Shown here: piece after piece, positions 29,964 to 39,326 of the stretch | Layout: each line of letters begins with the position of its first letter | Numbering within the stretch: the stretch's first letter is position 1 | Source: a virus | Direction: 5' to 3' (one strand) | Length of the DNA: 64,000 bases | Virus record (IMG/VR): IMGVR_UViG_3300026519_000239 | Span: 10,336 to 74,335 of that record | Translations under genes and position numbers: made by a program | Notes under the pieces: generated by a model | Database searches by the model: none | Seen by the model: only the letters and a program-made list of their open reading frames with translations | Told to the model about the DNA's origin: nothing

Positions 29964-31523
29964 CTACTGCTGGAACGTGACTGTGACATTCCTATTGAGT
30001 TCAGGATCATCAAGAGACAACTGCTCTCTTTCACCTACCGACACAAGAATCAGTCGATTCCTGTCAATGCCAAATGAAATCAACGCATCTGCCATTGCTT
30101 GTGCTCTGCGTTGTCCTAAGGCATCGTTGTATTCCTCACTACCTTCTTCTGAGCACATGCCAGTGATAACAATATTCTTGTTACTGTTCATTATCATAGG
30201 TAGGTAGTGTTTGATGGCTTCGTAATCCGCAGAGTCAAGTTCTGCATTGTCATAGTTGAATAGAACCAGTAGATGCAGCCCAGGAGTGAATTGCTCAGGC
30301 GTTGGTACTGGTTCCTCCACTTTTGCTTGAAACTGCACAGGCATAGTGGGAGGAGTATCCAGCACTATTTCTTTGGAGCTGTTGCGTACGTATTTGAAGT
30401 CGTAGGATAGGATTTGGAAATCCTGAGCAAGGTATGTGTACCGCACAGGACCAATCCCTGCTGAGTAGCCAATTCCTTTGGCTCCATCAATTACAAAATC
30501 TTCTCTTGATGTATCTACAAGTTGAGCATTGAATCCAGCAAATACACCTTTGATGTTATATCCCAGAACCAACCCAATGGCTTGGTAGCCAATATTGTCA
30601 TGGCCATTAATAGCAGCATCCATCAATGGTTTGTATGCTCTGATTTCGACACTAAAGTTGCTTTCAGATAAACCAATACCGGCTCCTATCATTGGAACGA
30701 TAGAGTCTTCCCCTGAGCCAGTTATATTGTTGATAGGAGCCAGCCTAGCTGCCCCTACAGAGCCAGTAACGAAGATGTCTGCCGCCCTAGTACTTTTCAA
30801 TGGAATCAGAGCAGCCAGGGCTAATAGAAACAGTACAGATGGACTACCCCCTCCAAACTGATTGACCCCGTACTCAGGAGTTACTTCAATTGGCTTAGGA
30901 GTTGTTGGATTGGGCGTAGGTACATTTGGTTCTCCTGGCTCTCCTGTAGGTGATTTCTCACAGATAACAGGAATACTTGTGTCTTTCGTTAAGCCAATGA
31001 CAAGTGGGATAGTACTCTCTCCAATATTGGAGTCTGATAGCGTAGAAGCAATTAGTAGTCCTCCCGCCCCATTATCTTGAATTGTCAGATCAAATGGTGT
31101 CCATGTGTTGTACTGGATTGTGTTTGTATCGATTGTGAATGTCTGAGGAGGGACGGACGCATCGTTACTTTGATAAGTAAGCTTCAGCACTTCCCCCTCT
31201 AAATATGATGCAGAAGGTTCCCAATGCCATGCGGCCTTGGTTTCATCACTTACTGGGTTATTAGCCCAGATACGTATCTTCTTATTGGTACCTTCAGGGC
31301 ATGCCTGTACTGGTTTTGTTACTACTATCTTGTCAGTTAGCGGAGTGTTGCAAATAGTGAATGCAGGGATGTCTGTGCTGGCTTCTATATACACTGGAAT
31401 GTCGTAATCTACTGTATCATTCAGATCACCTACATGCTCCCAACAGGTATTTTCAGTACCAGTGAGTGCGTATGCGCTGGGTACTAGCAGAGTAGCTGCC
31501 GTGAGTGTTAACAAGTGCTTCAT
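29964..31523 (-). CDS. OmpA-family envelope protein with internal GlyGly-CTERM-like segment
   Basis: Signal peptide; Pro-rich linker; GGGS plus hydrophobic helix; barrel-like strands; OmpA_C motifs (F.YDNAEL, G...EGSEEYN..LGQRRA, NRNV). Confidence 0.8.
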   Translation of the reverse strand: MKHLLTLTAATLLVPSAYALTGTENTCWEHVGDLNDTVDYDIPVYIEASTDIPAFTICNTPLTDKIVVTKPVQACPEGTNKKIRIWANNPVSDETKAAWHWEPSASYLEGEVLKLTYQSNDASVPPQTFTIDTNTIQYNTWTPFDLTIQDNGAGGLLIASTLSDSNIGESTIPLVIGLTKDTSIPVICEKSPTGEPGEPNVPTPNPTTPKPIEVTPEYGVNQFGGGSPSVLFLLALAALIPLKSTRAADIFVTGSVGAARLAPINNITGSGEDSIVPMIGAGIGLSESNFSVEIRAYKPLMDAAINGHDNIGYQAIGLVLGYNIKGVFAGFNAQLVDTSREDFVIDGAKGIGYSAGIGPVRYTYLAQDFQILSYDFKYVRNSSKEIVLDTPPTMPVQFQAKVEEPVPTPEQFTPGLHLLVLFNYDNAELDSADYEAIKHYLPMIMNSNKNIVITGMCSEEGSEEYNDALGQRRAQAMADALISFGIDRNRLILVSVGEREQLSLDDPELNRNVTVTFQQ

Positions 31524-31527
31524 AAGT

Positions 31528-32151
31528 TCATACCTCTCTTAGTATTAGATTGAAGGTTTTTAGTAATCTGTCCTGCCACCCAAAATCTTTACCTCTGAAT
31601 TGGGTGTAGTCCATTATGTTATGTCGGATATGGTTATGTGCCAGATGAGTTAGTAAAGTTTGGTTTAATTCCAAGAACTCACTCAAGTTATCTTCTGTTA
31701 TTCCACCTCTCCCTAGAAGCTCCATACGAACTGGATCTCCAAGAACTTCCTGTAACGTTGTAGAAGCCATAGGGACAATAAGATGCACAGCTCTTTGAGA
31801 GTTGTCTCGTGCGGCAAGTTCTAGCTCACGCTTAACTCCTGCCTGCGCAAGATCTGATGGTTTGTTACCTAGAGTTTCCCAAAACGCCAATGTTGTAGCT
31901 GCATAGTCCAGCCCACTACGATCAACGATAAGTACCTGATCATTACGCACTGGTCTATTAATAATGTTTCTCATCTCATCTATGGCATACATATATCGTT
32001 CATGCTGTGATTCCATAGATAGGGAAGCTATTCGTGGTACCAATTTACGTATAACGATTTTAGTAGTGCCTGAGTAGTACTCTTTGAATTTCCGTGCAAA
32101 GGAAGACTTACCTGTTGCAGGAACTCCAGATAGGAATATTGTGTCAATCAT
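31528..32151 (-). CDS. P-loop nucleotide kinase (dNMP kinase/AAA_28-like)
   Basis: LSGVPATGKS and IVDRS..D motifs. Confidence 0.65.
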   Translation of the reverse strand: MIDTIFLSGVPATGKSSFARKFKEYYSGTTKIVIRKLVPRIASLSMESQHERYMYAIDEMRNIINRPVRNDQVLIVDRSGLDYAATTLAFWETLGNKPSDLAQAGVKRELELAARDNSQRAVHLIVPMASTTLQEVLGDPVRMELLGRGGITEDNLSEFLELNQTLLTHLAHNHIRHNIMDYTQFRGKDFGWQDRLLKTFNLILREV

Positions 32152-34795
32152 CGTCTATTGTTTGTGGTGTTGCCCATGTTGGATACACCTCAAATTCGCC
32201 TCCAAGTTTGATTGTGGAATGTTTGAGTTCAGGCAAACCAGCCCAACTCATTACATCAGGGACATGCTTATTAAGCCAAGACAGCACTGATTTATCTGAG
32301 ACGCTGAAGAAATAATTGGCGTCATGGATAAATGCCGAAGGGTGAATATCATAACGATACTTACTAGTCCATACACGGTTGAATAGAGCTATAGCTGCTC
32401 GTTGGTTCAATTGGCCGTATGACTGGCCTATTGCATTGATAACAGTTCTTGCAACCTTGGCAGCATTGCTCTTGAGATTATCTACATCAGTACCTTGTAA
32501 CGCTGGTGTATCTACTCTCAAACCAAAAGCCAATACAACATACCCATGTTTTGATCCATGGCTGAGTACCTTCTTACCGTACTCTTTGTACACTCTGTAG
32601 GTGTCGTTGAATGCAGCTTCAAGTTCTTTGGCTTCATCTTCTTGAAAGCCAGAGTTATTCATCAGTGTGATGTAAGTACCTTCATAGAACAGTGCGAAGG
32701 TAACTGACTTGGAAGCCCCTCTTAGCTTGCTGTAGTCATCTTGGATTGAGTTGATTAGTTCCACTTTGTTTTCTGGATTGGCTTCAATCTTCTTAGCCAA
32801 TTCAGTCAGCTTATTGTGCTTCCAGTAGTGGAACGTATTGAAGCTATGAGAATCATACCCATCAGTATAGATAGCCAATAGGTTTGGGTCTCTGGTTCTT
32901 AAAGCTAGAGTTACTGCTTCGAGTGCATTGAAGTCTGCTCCTGAGAACATCTTGTCAGGAACTGTAGAACCAAAGCATTCCTTGATTGCTTTACCCCACT
33001 TAGAACCAGATGGGATGTTCTGTAGGTTAGGTTGGCTTGAGGATAGTCTTCCAGATGGGATAGTTCCTTGCCTAAAGTTACCAAATAACATCCACTGTCC
33101 ATCTACCTTGTATGAGTATTTGAGAAACGCTGAGATGAACGTACTGAGTATCTTTGTGATGCTTTGATGCTCTAGTACCTTGTGGATGAATTGAGCAGCT
33201 TCAGAGTCCTCTGAGAGTCGATTGAGATGCTTTTTCATTGTCTTCTCACCAATAGCTGGTTGCCCGGTCTTGGTGGTGTCAACAACATCCAACCCAAAGT
33301 GAACATGGAGAATCCAAATGATGGCTCTATCTGAACCAGTAGAGAAATCAAACAGCCCTTGTGGTTCTTTCCATGCAATGAAGTTTTCCAGTGTTCTACC
33401 TTTACCTTTGATACTGGCTTGGTACGCTTTATGTTCACGTACTTTCAACTCTTCAATCCAAAGCTGCACACATTCCATATCGCATAGGTCTCTGTACAGT
33501 GGTTCCACTGCATTTTCCATGCGCTGTTTCAGAGCTAGTACCTTGTCTCTATTGATAGGCATCCCTGTCAACTCTGCTTGGATTGCTACTCTGGAGAACG
33601 GCATCATTAGCTGGTTATAGATTCTGTCTTGCTTCCTTACTCGTACCTTAGGCAGCAACTTTTCGTATTGATAGTAGGTACAGCAAGTGTCAATTGCGTT
33701 GTACTCCAGTAGCTCTGCAAGTGGCTGTGTTGTGATGTCTTCAACATCTAATCCATAGTTACCAGCAAATTCTACTGACAGCTCCTTGAGGCTTAGAGAA
33801 CGTTTAGGGATAGCGTTGTAAGCTAGATAAGCCAAGTTCATGGTACATTGGGCATTGGTACACATGATCTCTGTGCCGTCTACTTTGGCTTTGTTATTAC
33901 TCAGCCTATTCTCCATGAACAAGTTGAATACTAGTTGCTTAACGTCATACTGAATGCCGTGATACAGCCATGTGATCTTGCCTTGGTTCGCTGTGAAGAA
34001 GTCTCTCAGCAGCGTTCTTACTGGGAGGTTACGTCTGATACGCTTTGAGACTGTTAGTGGCTTACAATGAAGCAGGGAGGATTTATCAGCCAGTTCAAAT
34101 GGAACTCCATTGAACAAGTCTCTTCCTCTGAGGATGTCTTCTGTGCCGTCTTGGTATACAACTTCGTACTCACTTTCAGCATCTACTGCAAATGCTATTG
34201 CTGAGTGTGCATCCCATGAGAATGAGATGGTGCCGATACCTGCTTGTCCCAGTGTTAAGCCAAAAGCCTCAATGTCTACAGCAAGCGTATCGTGCTGTGA
34301 GAGGCTCTCTAAGGCTTTTTTGATTGCTTCATACCCTACTGGGTAGCTCACATCTTTCAGTACGGCCTTATCAAGGCTCTGACCCAAATACGCACTAGCA
34401 ATAGCACTGATACTCAGGTTGTGTTCCTTGAGTAGTGCTGGATTGTGCTGCATGGCTCCAAAGTGGATGCCTTTGAATACTACTTGATTTCCGTATTGGG
34501 AGGCTAAAGGAACCCCAGCAAGTGCAGTTATTTTGGTGACTTTAGCGAATCTCTTGAAGTAATCAGATGAGCAGATAAGTAAGTGAGTAATGCCGTCTCT
34601 GTCTAACTGCTCTTGAAGTTCAGGGATGAACTCATTCATGATAGCAGCCGTAGCTTTACCTTTCTCATTGTGCTCTAAACCATAAAGCTTAACTTCTTCA
34701 GTAGTAACGCCAGCATTTTTAAGAGGCTCTATATAAGCTTCGAGTAGCTTTGTTCTCCAAGTTACTGCTTTTTGAGCTATCAGTATTCCAATCAT
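32144..34795 (-). CDS. DNA polymerase family A (N4 gp39-like)
   Basis: Exonuclease DIE and YNAID; SGRLSSSQPNLQNIP, DFNALE, R..SK..TFAL.Y, IHDA. Confidence 0.95.
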   Translation of the reverse strand: MIGILIAQKAVTWRTKLLEAYIEPLKNAGVTTEEVKLYGLEHNEKGKATAAIMNEFIPELQEQLDRDGITHLLICSSDYFKRFAKVTKITALAGVPLASQYGNQVVFKGIHFGAMQHNPALLKEHNLSISAIASAYLGQSLDKAVLKDVSYPVGYEAIKKALESLSQHDTLAVDIEAFGLTLGQAGIGTISFSWDAHSAIAFAVDAESEYEVVYQDGTEDILRGRDLFNGVPFELADKSSLLHCKPLTVSKRIRRNLPVRTLLRDFFTANQGKITWLYHGIQYDVKQLVFNLFMENRLSNNKAKVDGTEIMCTNAQCTMNLAYLAYNAIPKRSLSLKELSVEFAGNYGLDVEDITTQPLAELLEYNAIDTCCTYYQYEKLLPKVRVRKQDRIYNQLMMPFSRVAIQAELTGMPINRDKVLALKQRMENAVEPLYRDLCDMECVQLWIEELKVREHKAYQASIKGKGRTLENFIAWKEPQGLFDFSTGSDRAIIWILHVHFGLDVVDTTKTGQPAIGEKTMKKHLNRLSEDSEAAQFIHKVLEHQSITKILSTFISAFLKYSYKVDGQWMLFGNFRQGTIPSGRLSSSQPNLQNIPSGSKWGKAIKECFGSTVPDKMFSGADFNALEAVTLALRTRDPNLLAIYTDGYDSHSFNTFHYWKHNKLTELAKKIEANPENKVELINSIQDDYSKLRGASKSVTFALFYEGTYITLMNNSGFQEDEAKELEAAFNDTYRVYKEYGKKVLSHGSKHGYVVLAFGLRVDTPALQGTDVDNLKSNAAKVARTVINAIGQSYGQLNQRAAIALFNRVWTSKYRYDIHPSAFIHDANYFFSVSDKSVLSWLNKHVPDVMSWAGLPELKHSTIKLGGEFEVYPTWATPQTIDDD

Positions 34796-35190
34796 ATTTT
34801 GATTTCTCCACGATTTACAGCAGCTTGCATGAGTATATTTAACTGATCAGTTGAGCTACTGTTATTCAACAAATGAAAAAGAGTTGTAAATGATTCATGT
34901 GTTTCGTTATCAATTGGTGGTGGATAGATTATCCATATTCGTTTATTTTGAGTATCAAATCGGGAGTGAGCGTATATTTTTATAAATTCTTGTTTTGTTG
35001 TTACGTGAAAAGTTCCTGGCGGAATTACAGTAGGGCTGGTTTCATAAACAAGAAAGTCTTTTGGAACCTTGTGTATAAGCCATAGAAGTGCTTTAACTAT
35101 TAGATCATTGCGTTCTTCTTTTAAGCTTGATTTTATAATCCAATACTTGCAGTTCCCTTTTCCATAATGCATTGATACCAATTCGTACAT
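34792..35190 (-). CDS. hypothetical protein
   Basis: 132-aa ORF, GGAG RBS, coupled to polymerase start. Confidence 0.6.
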   Translation of the reverse strand: MYELVSMHYGKGNCKYWIIKSSLKEERNDLIVKALLWLIHKVPKDFLVYETSPTVIPPGTFHVTTKQEFIKIYAHSRFDTQNKRIWIIYPPPIDNETHESFTTLFHLLNNSSSTDQLNILMQAAVNRGEIKI

Positions 35191-35271
35191 TTGTTCATCT
35201 CCTGCTTGGATTATAAATACGCAGTGTACTTAGTTGAGTTATTGTTATCTGTGTTGCATACCGAAGTAGGT

Positions 35272-35679
35272 TTACACATTTTCCAACTCCTTTTTATAAG
35301 CTATCCCTACTAGTACAGAAAGAGTTGCTTCATTTTCTGATTGGCTTACCATCTTCGGCAGTAAATGTAATATTTTCCTTGCAGTATCGTAGGCTTTACC
35401 AAAATCTGTATCATTCATAGCTATTTCTTTCAAATCATGCACACTCCTATAAATGGTTCTTCTTTCATTTGGATTATTAGGAACTAGAGCTACTTCCATG
35501 TAGCTAGGAGAATATAATTTTGCAGTTATACGTAATTTGTTTGCAGTGGTGTCTATTTCTATATGCACATAATTAGTGTAATCGTATATGTAATCTTTGT
35601 AAGCCATGTGTAACAAGAAAAACAGTGGATCTATTGAGTTCGTATCAATAGATACTTCAACAATCTTTGTATTTTTCAT
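35272..35679 (-). CDS. hypothetical protein
   Basis: 135-aa ORF in the middle operon. Confidence 0.6.
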   Translation of the reverse strand: MKNTKIVEVSIDTNSIDPLFFLLHMAYKDYIYDYTNYVHIEIDTTANKLRITAKLYSPSYMEVALVPNNPNERRTIYRSVHDLKEIAMNDTDFGKAYDTARKILHLLPKMVSQSENEATLSVLVGIAYKKELENV

Positions 35680-35694
35680 GGACTTGATTCTCTG

Positions 35695-36969
35695 TTAAAT
35701 GAGTATTGTGATTCCGTGCTTGTGGCGCGTGAAACCAACTAACATCATCCGTTTCAGTACTTCTGTTTGAGGACAACCACGGATGTCTCGTAAATCCAAA
35801 AATGTATAATCCACTGATAGCCCCATACTAGAATGAGTGGTTCTGAATTCGTATGGGACTATTGTGACATTAATAGAGCCTAAAGCCAGTGGTTGCCTTT
35901 TTTGTGTTATTCCGGGGATGTAGCAGTTAATTCTGCAATTGTTCTGGTTCCGTAATGTCTTACACATAGAAGACACTGAATCTGTCAGCTCTCTTACTGA
36001 GTTACCTGTCTTGGTTTTGATGTTGCTGCATAGCGTTTTGATAGCACCTAAATTTCTTTGTTGAGTAGGACTCATCTGGTCGAAATTAGATATATACTTT
36101 GTTTTTGCATCAAGTACTCTCCCCTTGTGTGCTTCAGATACCCACCTTACGCTTGTATCTTTATTAGCTTGTGTGAATAGATACTCTAATCGTTTAATTC
36201 TCCATGCTTGTACTGACATGGAGTACTTGGACTTAGCGCAGCGATTTATCTGCTCAATGAATTTGGATTCATCAGTCAAGTATCTAACTGATTTGTTATT
36301 TGGTAGATCATTAATATCTCGCTTACCGCTAAACCAATCCAAAGTATGTAGAAATACTTCACGTACATTATCGTTAGCTGGTCTAAATAATGTACTTAGG
36401 TGAAGCTCTTTAAACCCTTTTGTGTACGCTGCTCCAGCACCATCTTCGTTGAAACTGAGTTGGTTTGGATCTCCAAAGAATATAAATCTGGTTTCTGGAT
36501 AGTACTCATCTATAAGTGCAAAGAAGTCTTCTGATATATAGTTCGCTTCATCTATCAGTACTATCGCTGATTTACTGTTTGCCACTCTGGTTGGTATTCT
36601 TGCTTCATAGATAGTAGATCTTTTATATCTGAGCTTGCCGCTATATGTCACTGTGAAGTTAAGTAAGCTGAATACAGTACACTTCTCGTGATTGATTTCT
36701 TCTTCGTCATATACATCTGACATGCTATTTATTGTGTACGTGTAGAAGATATCATTGTTGTGTAGTAGTGGTGTTTTTACTCCAAATGGATCATCTGATG
36801 TCATTGCACGATTACGTTCAATTTTTATAAGCGTATCCATATAGTCCTGTAGCTGTTTAATAAGTCGAGTTTTTCCAGCCCCTGGACCACCTGTGACTAC
36901 TAAGCCACGTTCATCTTCCTTATTCATAATCCAGTCATATATTTCAATAACCATTTCATTATGGTTCAT
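35695..36969 (-). CDS. SF1 (Dda/RecD-like) helicase (N4 gp37-like)
   Basis: GGPGAGKT, IDEA, GDPNQL, TTHSSMG, VGFTR. Confidence 0.8.
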   Translation of the reverse strand: MNHNEMVIEIYDWIMNKEDERGLVVTGGPGAGKTRLIKQLQDYMDTLIKIERNRAMTSDDPFGVKTPLLHNNDIFYTYTINSMSDVYDEEEINHEKCTVFSLLNFTVTYSGKLRYKRSTIYEARIPTRVANSKSAIVLIDEANYISEDFFALIDEYYPETRFIFFGDPNQLSFNEDGAGAAYTKGFKELHLSTLFRPANDNVREVFLHTLDWFSGKRDINDLPNNKSVRYLTDESKFIEQINRCAKSKYSMSVQAWRIKRLEYLFTQANKDTSVRWVSEAHKGRVLDAKTKYISNFDQMSPTQQRNLGAIKTLCSNIKTKTGNSVRELTDSVSSMCKTLRNQNNCRINCYIPGITQKRQPLALGSINVTIVPYEFRTTHSSMGLSVDYTFLDLRDIRGCPQTEVLKRMMLVGFTRHKHGITILI

Positions 36970-38165
36970 TTTGATTTCTCCAATTTGAGTATCTTTCCAA
37001 AGGAAGGCTTAAAATCTTGGTTGCAGTTTTGAGTCATAAGCCAGATAACATTTACTCTGGGCTGATGTATAGGCATAGTTACATATCCATCTGTGGCTAT
37101 GACTATGGTTCTTTTCTTGGATTTCATGTTTTCTCTAATCCATTGAAATACGAAATCCAACGAAGTTCCACCACCTCCAGTAATCTTGATGTCATTGAAG
37201 TCAGCAGTTTTATTAACATTGATAACTTGCTGTACTTTAACGTCCCAAGTAAGGAGAGTTATTTCTATTCCTATTCTTGGGAGCTTCTTAATGACATCAA
37301 GCATCATTCCAATGTCTTCTCCGCTAATAGAACCAGAAACATCCATTGCAAATACCATCTCTATATTTGGTACTTCGTACCTTGCAGGTATAAAACCATA
37401 GACAGCTCTTCGAGAAGGATATGGTGCAGGATACTTTCTAATCATTTTCTGTGCTGTTTTGGTAAGGTATCTGTCCCATTTAATCTTTTTAGTTCTGCTC
37501 TTTTGTATCTTTCTTAGCCATTTTCCTGACATGGTTCCCATGTTTTTATTTTGTATCTGGTCAGCTATTGCAGCAGCTTCAATGGCATTTTCTACATTGA
37601 ACGTAGCTGGATTACTGCCTGTGGTAGGAGTTGAGTCATCAGATTCATCATCACCATCACTTCCATTAGGGATAGGAGTCATTACGGCAAAGGCATCTAT
37701 CACAGCAGCAGGTGGTTGGTTCTGGATTAGCATTTCAAAAGTTTCTTCAAATGAATGACCCCTTAATTGCTTAATATTCGGAAAGCTACCCCACAGAGAA
37801 GAAGGGGCACCTGCTTCTTCTTGGAAATCCAGTAATGAAATATCCATTGCAATGTTCGTTATGTCTTTATTCTGCTCGTATTTCTCAACCCCTTCTGCTC
37901 TGTTCGTATGCTCATGTATGATATGTCCTAGTTCATGTACAAGAGTACGTAGTCGTTCTTCTGTTGAGTTTTTGAACCATTGGTCATACAGAATGATTGT
38001 GTTTCCGTTAGTAGCTCCAGAAATCTTAGGATCATTTTCATATGGGCCTCCTCCATATTTGATAGGCCACCTAGACAATGCATGGAATACGAACGGTACA
38101 TGGAATATTTCCAGCACCGTTTCTCCTACCATGTTTTCCAATGTATGTGTATCAATCGTTGTCAT
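36966..38165 (-). CDS. HEXXH metallopeptidase-vWA protein (N4 gp25-like)
   Basis: LVHELGH, NIAMD, MIDAS DVSGS, GGGGT, TDG. Confidence 0.85.
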   Translation of the reverse strand: MTTIDTHTLENMVGETVLEIFHVPFVFHALSRWPIKYGGGPYENDPKISGATNGNTIILYDQWFKNSTEERLRTLVHELGHIIHEHTNRAEGVEKYEQNKDITNIAMDISLLDFQEEAGAPSSLWGSFPNIKQLRGHSFEETFEMLIQNQPPAAVIDAFAVMTPIPNGSDGDDESDDSTPTTGSNPATFNVENAIEAAAIADQIQNKNMGTMSGKWLRKIQKSRTKKIKWDRYLTKTAQKMIRKYPAPYPSRRAVYGFIPARYEVPNIEMVFAMDVSGSISGEDIGMMLDVIKKLPRIGIEITLLTWDVKVQQVINVNKTADFNDIKITGGGGTSLDFVFQWIRENMKSKKRTIVIATDGYVTMPIHQPRVNVIWLMTQNCNQDFKPSFGKILKLEKSK

Positions 38166-38179
38166 GAGGCACTCTCCTA

Positions 38180-39235
38180 TTACAGTGTCTTCTTAATCCA
38201 CTTTGTGTTTTGGTTCACTACTTCCATGACTGTTTTGTTAGCCAATAGTGAGCTGAAATCCAGCGACTTCTTGCTTAGCAGTTGAGAAATAGTTACTGCT
38301 ATCAGCTCAGGTCTCTTAAAATTCTCTAAGCACTGGATCACCTTACCTGCATTGTCATTAGTGGCTGAATCAATTAATGCAGTAGCCAGTATCCACCTAG
38401 CACTTACAGACATGTCTGTAGTAAGAATTAGCTCTGGATCATTTATGGCTTGCTTCACAGTAAAGGGAGGAGCCTCTCTTACGAAGGTCAGGAAAGTGGA
38501 GCCAATAGTATTCCCAACTGTGGCTTGAACCAGAGCTTTTACCTTCTCTGAATACTTCACTGGCTTATGCATGAACAGTGTACTCAGGTTCTCCCACGCA
38601 CGTGGTGAAGGGAACGCTGGATCGCTCTCAATCGTGTCAGGATCGAACTTGTGGATTGCTTCAGGCATCATTGCAAGGAATGCTCTGATAGTGGCTGAGA
38701 GACCTTTATTTGAAGCATAAGCCAAGAAGTTATTTGTATCTGGCTCAACGTTGATATGCATCATCCTGTTCAGTAGGGGAGCAGGCAGGTCTTCGTCGAA
38801 TCCCCCGTCACTGTACGTATTCCGTGCTGCTACGAATCTTACAAATGGGTGGATTTGGTACGTATCAATTCTGCGCTCTTGAAGGATGCTGTAGACGCTC
38901 TTTTGTGTGCTTGGGTCCCCAGCTTGGATTTCATCGAAAAAGATGACACAAGGACGTTTGAGATCATCTGTGATGAGCGGAACGATAGCAGTAGGGTGGT
39001 ATTGTGTACGTCCCTCATCGTTCACTGAGAGCAGTCCTACAATATCTGTCCTCTCTTTGGTAGACAGTGCAAATGCTCTCATATCCCAGCCGTTCTCCCG
39101 GCACATCTCTTCAATGAGAGCAGTCTTACCAATACCTGATTTGCCAGTCAGCAATACAGGTACATTTTGCTTTACAGCATGTGCAGTAAGATCTAGTGTG
39201 TGTTCAAAGTTAAGCTTGATCATTGGTTTCTCCAA
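38180..39235 (-). CDS. MoxR-like AAA+ ATPase (N4 gp24-like)
   Basis: GKSGIGKT, FFDE, L.NR, FPSPRAWE; paired with the vWA gene. Confidence 0.88.
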   Translation of the reverse strand: MEKPMIKLNFEHTLDLTAHAVKQNVPVLLTGKSGIGKTALIEEMCRENGWDMRAFALSTKERTDIVGLLSVNDEGRTQYHPTAIVPLITDDLKRPCVIFFDEIQAGDPSTQKSVYSILQERRIDTYQIHPFVRFVAARNTYSDGGFDEDLPAPLLNRMMHINVEPDTNNFLAYASNKGLSATIRAFLAMMPEAIHKFDPDTIESDPAFPSPRAWENLSTLFMHKPVKYSEKVKALVQATVGNTIGSTFLTFVREAPPFTVKQAINDPELILTTDMSVSARWILATALIDSATNDNAGKVIQCLENFKRPELIAVTISQLLSKKSLDFSSLLANKTVMEVVNQNTKWIKKTL

Positions 39236-39256
39236 TTATGTTGTGTGTGTGTATAG

Positions 39257-39299
39257 AAAAAAAAAAAGCCCACCTAAACCAACTAAGGTTTAGGTGGGC
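39257..39299 (-). terminator. strong intrinsic terminator after RNAP gene
   Basis: Perfect 13-bp stem (GCCCACCTAAACC) plus 11 U on the - strand. Confidence 0.9.
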
Positions 39300-39326
39300 A
39301 ATGCCTACATTTATGTAGGTCAGAGG

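Noticed and set aside
34792-35679. Paralogy of the two ORFs between helicase and polymerase
   Set aside because: Only a weak C-terminal resemblance (HLL...L..L...A); not enough to support by eye
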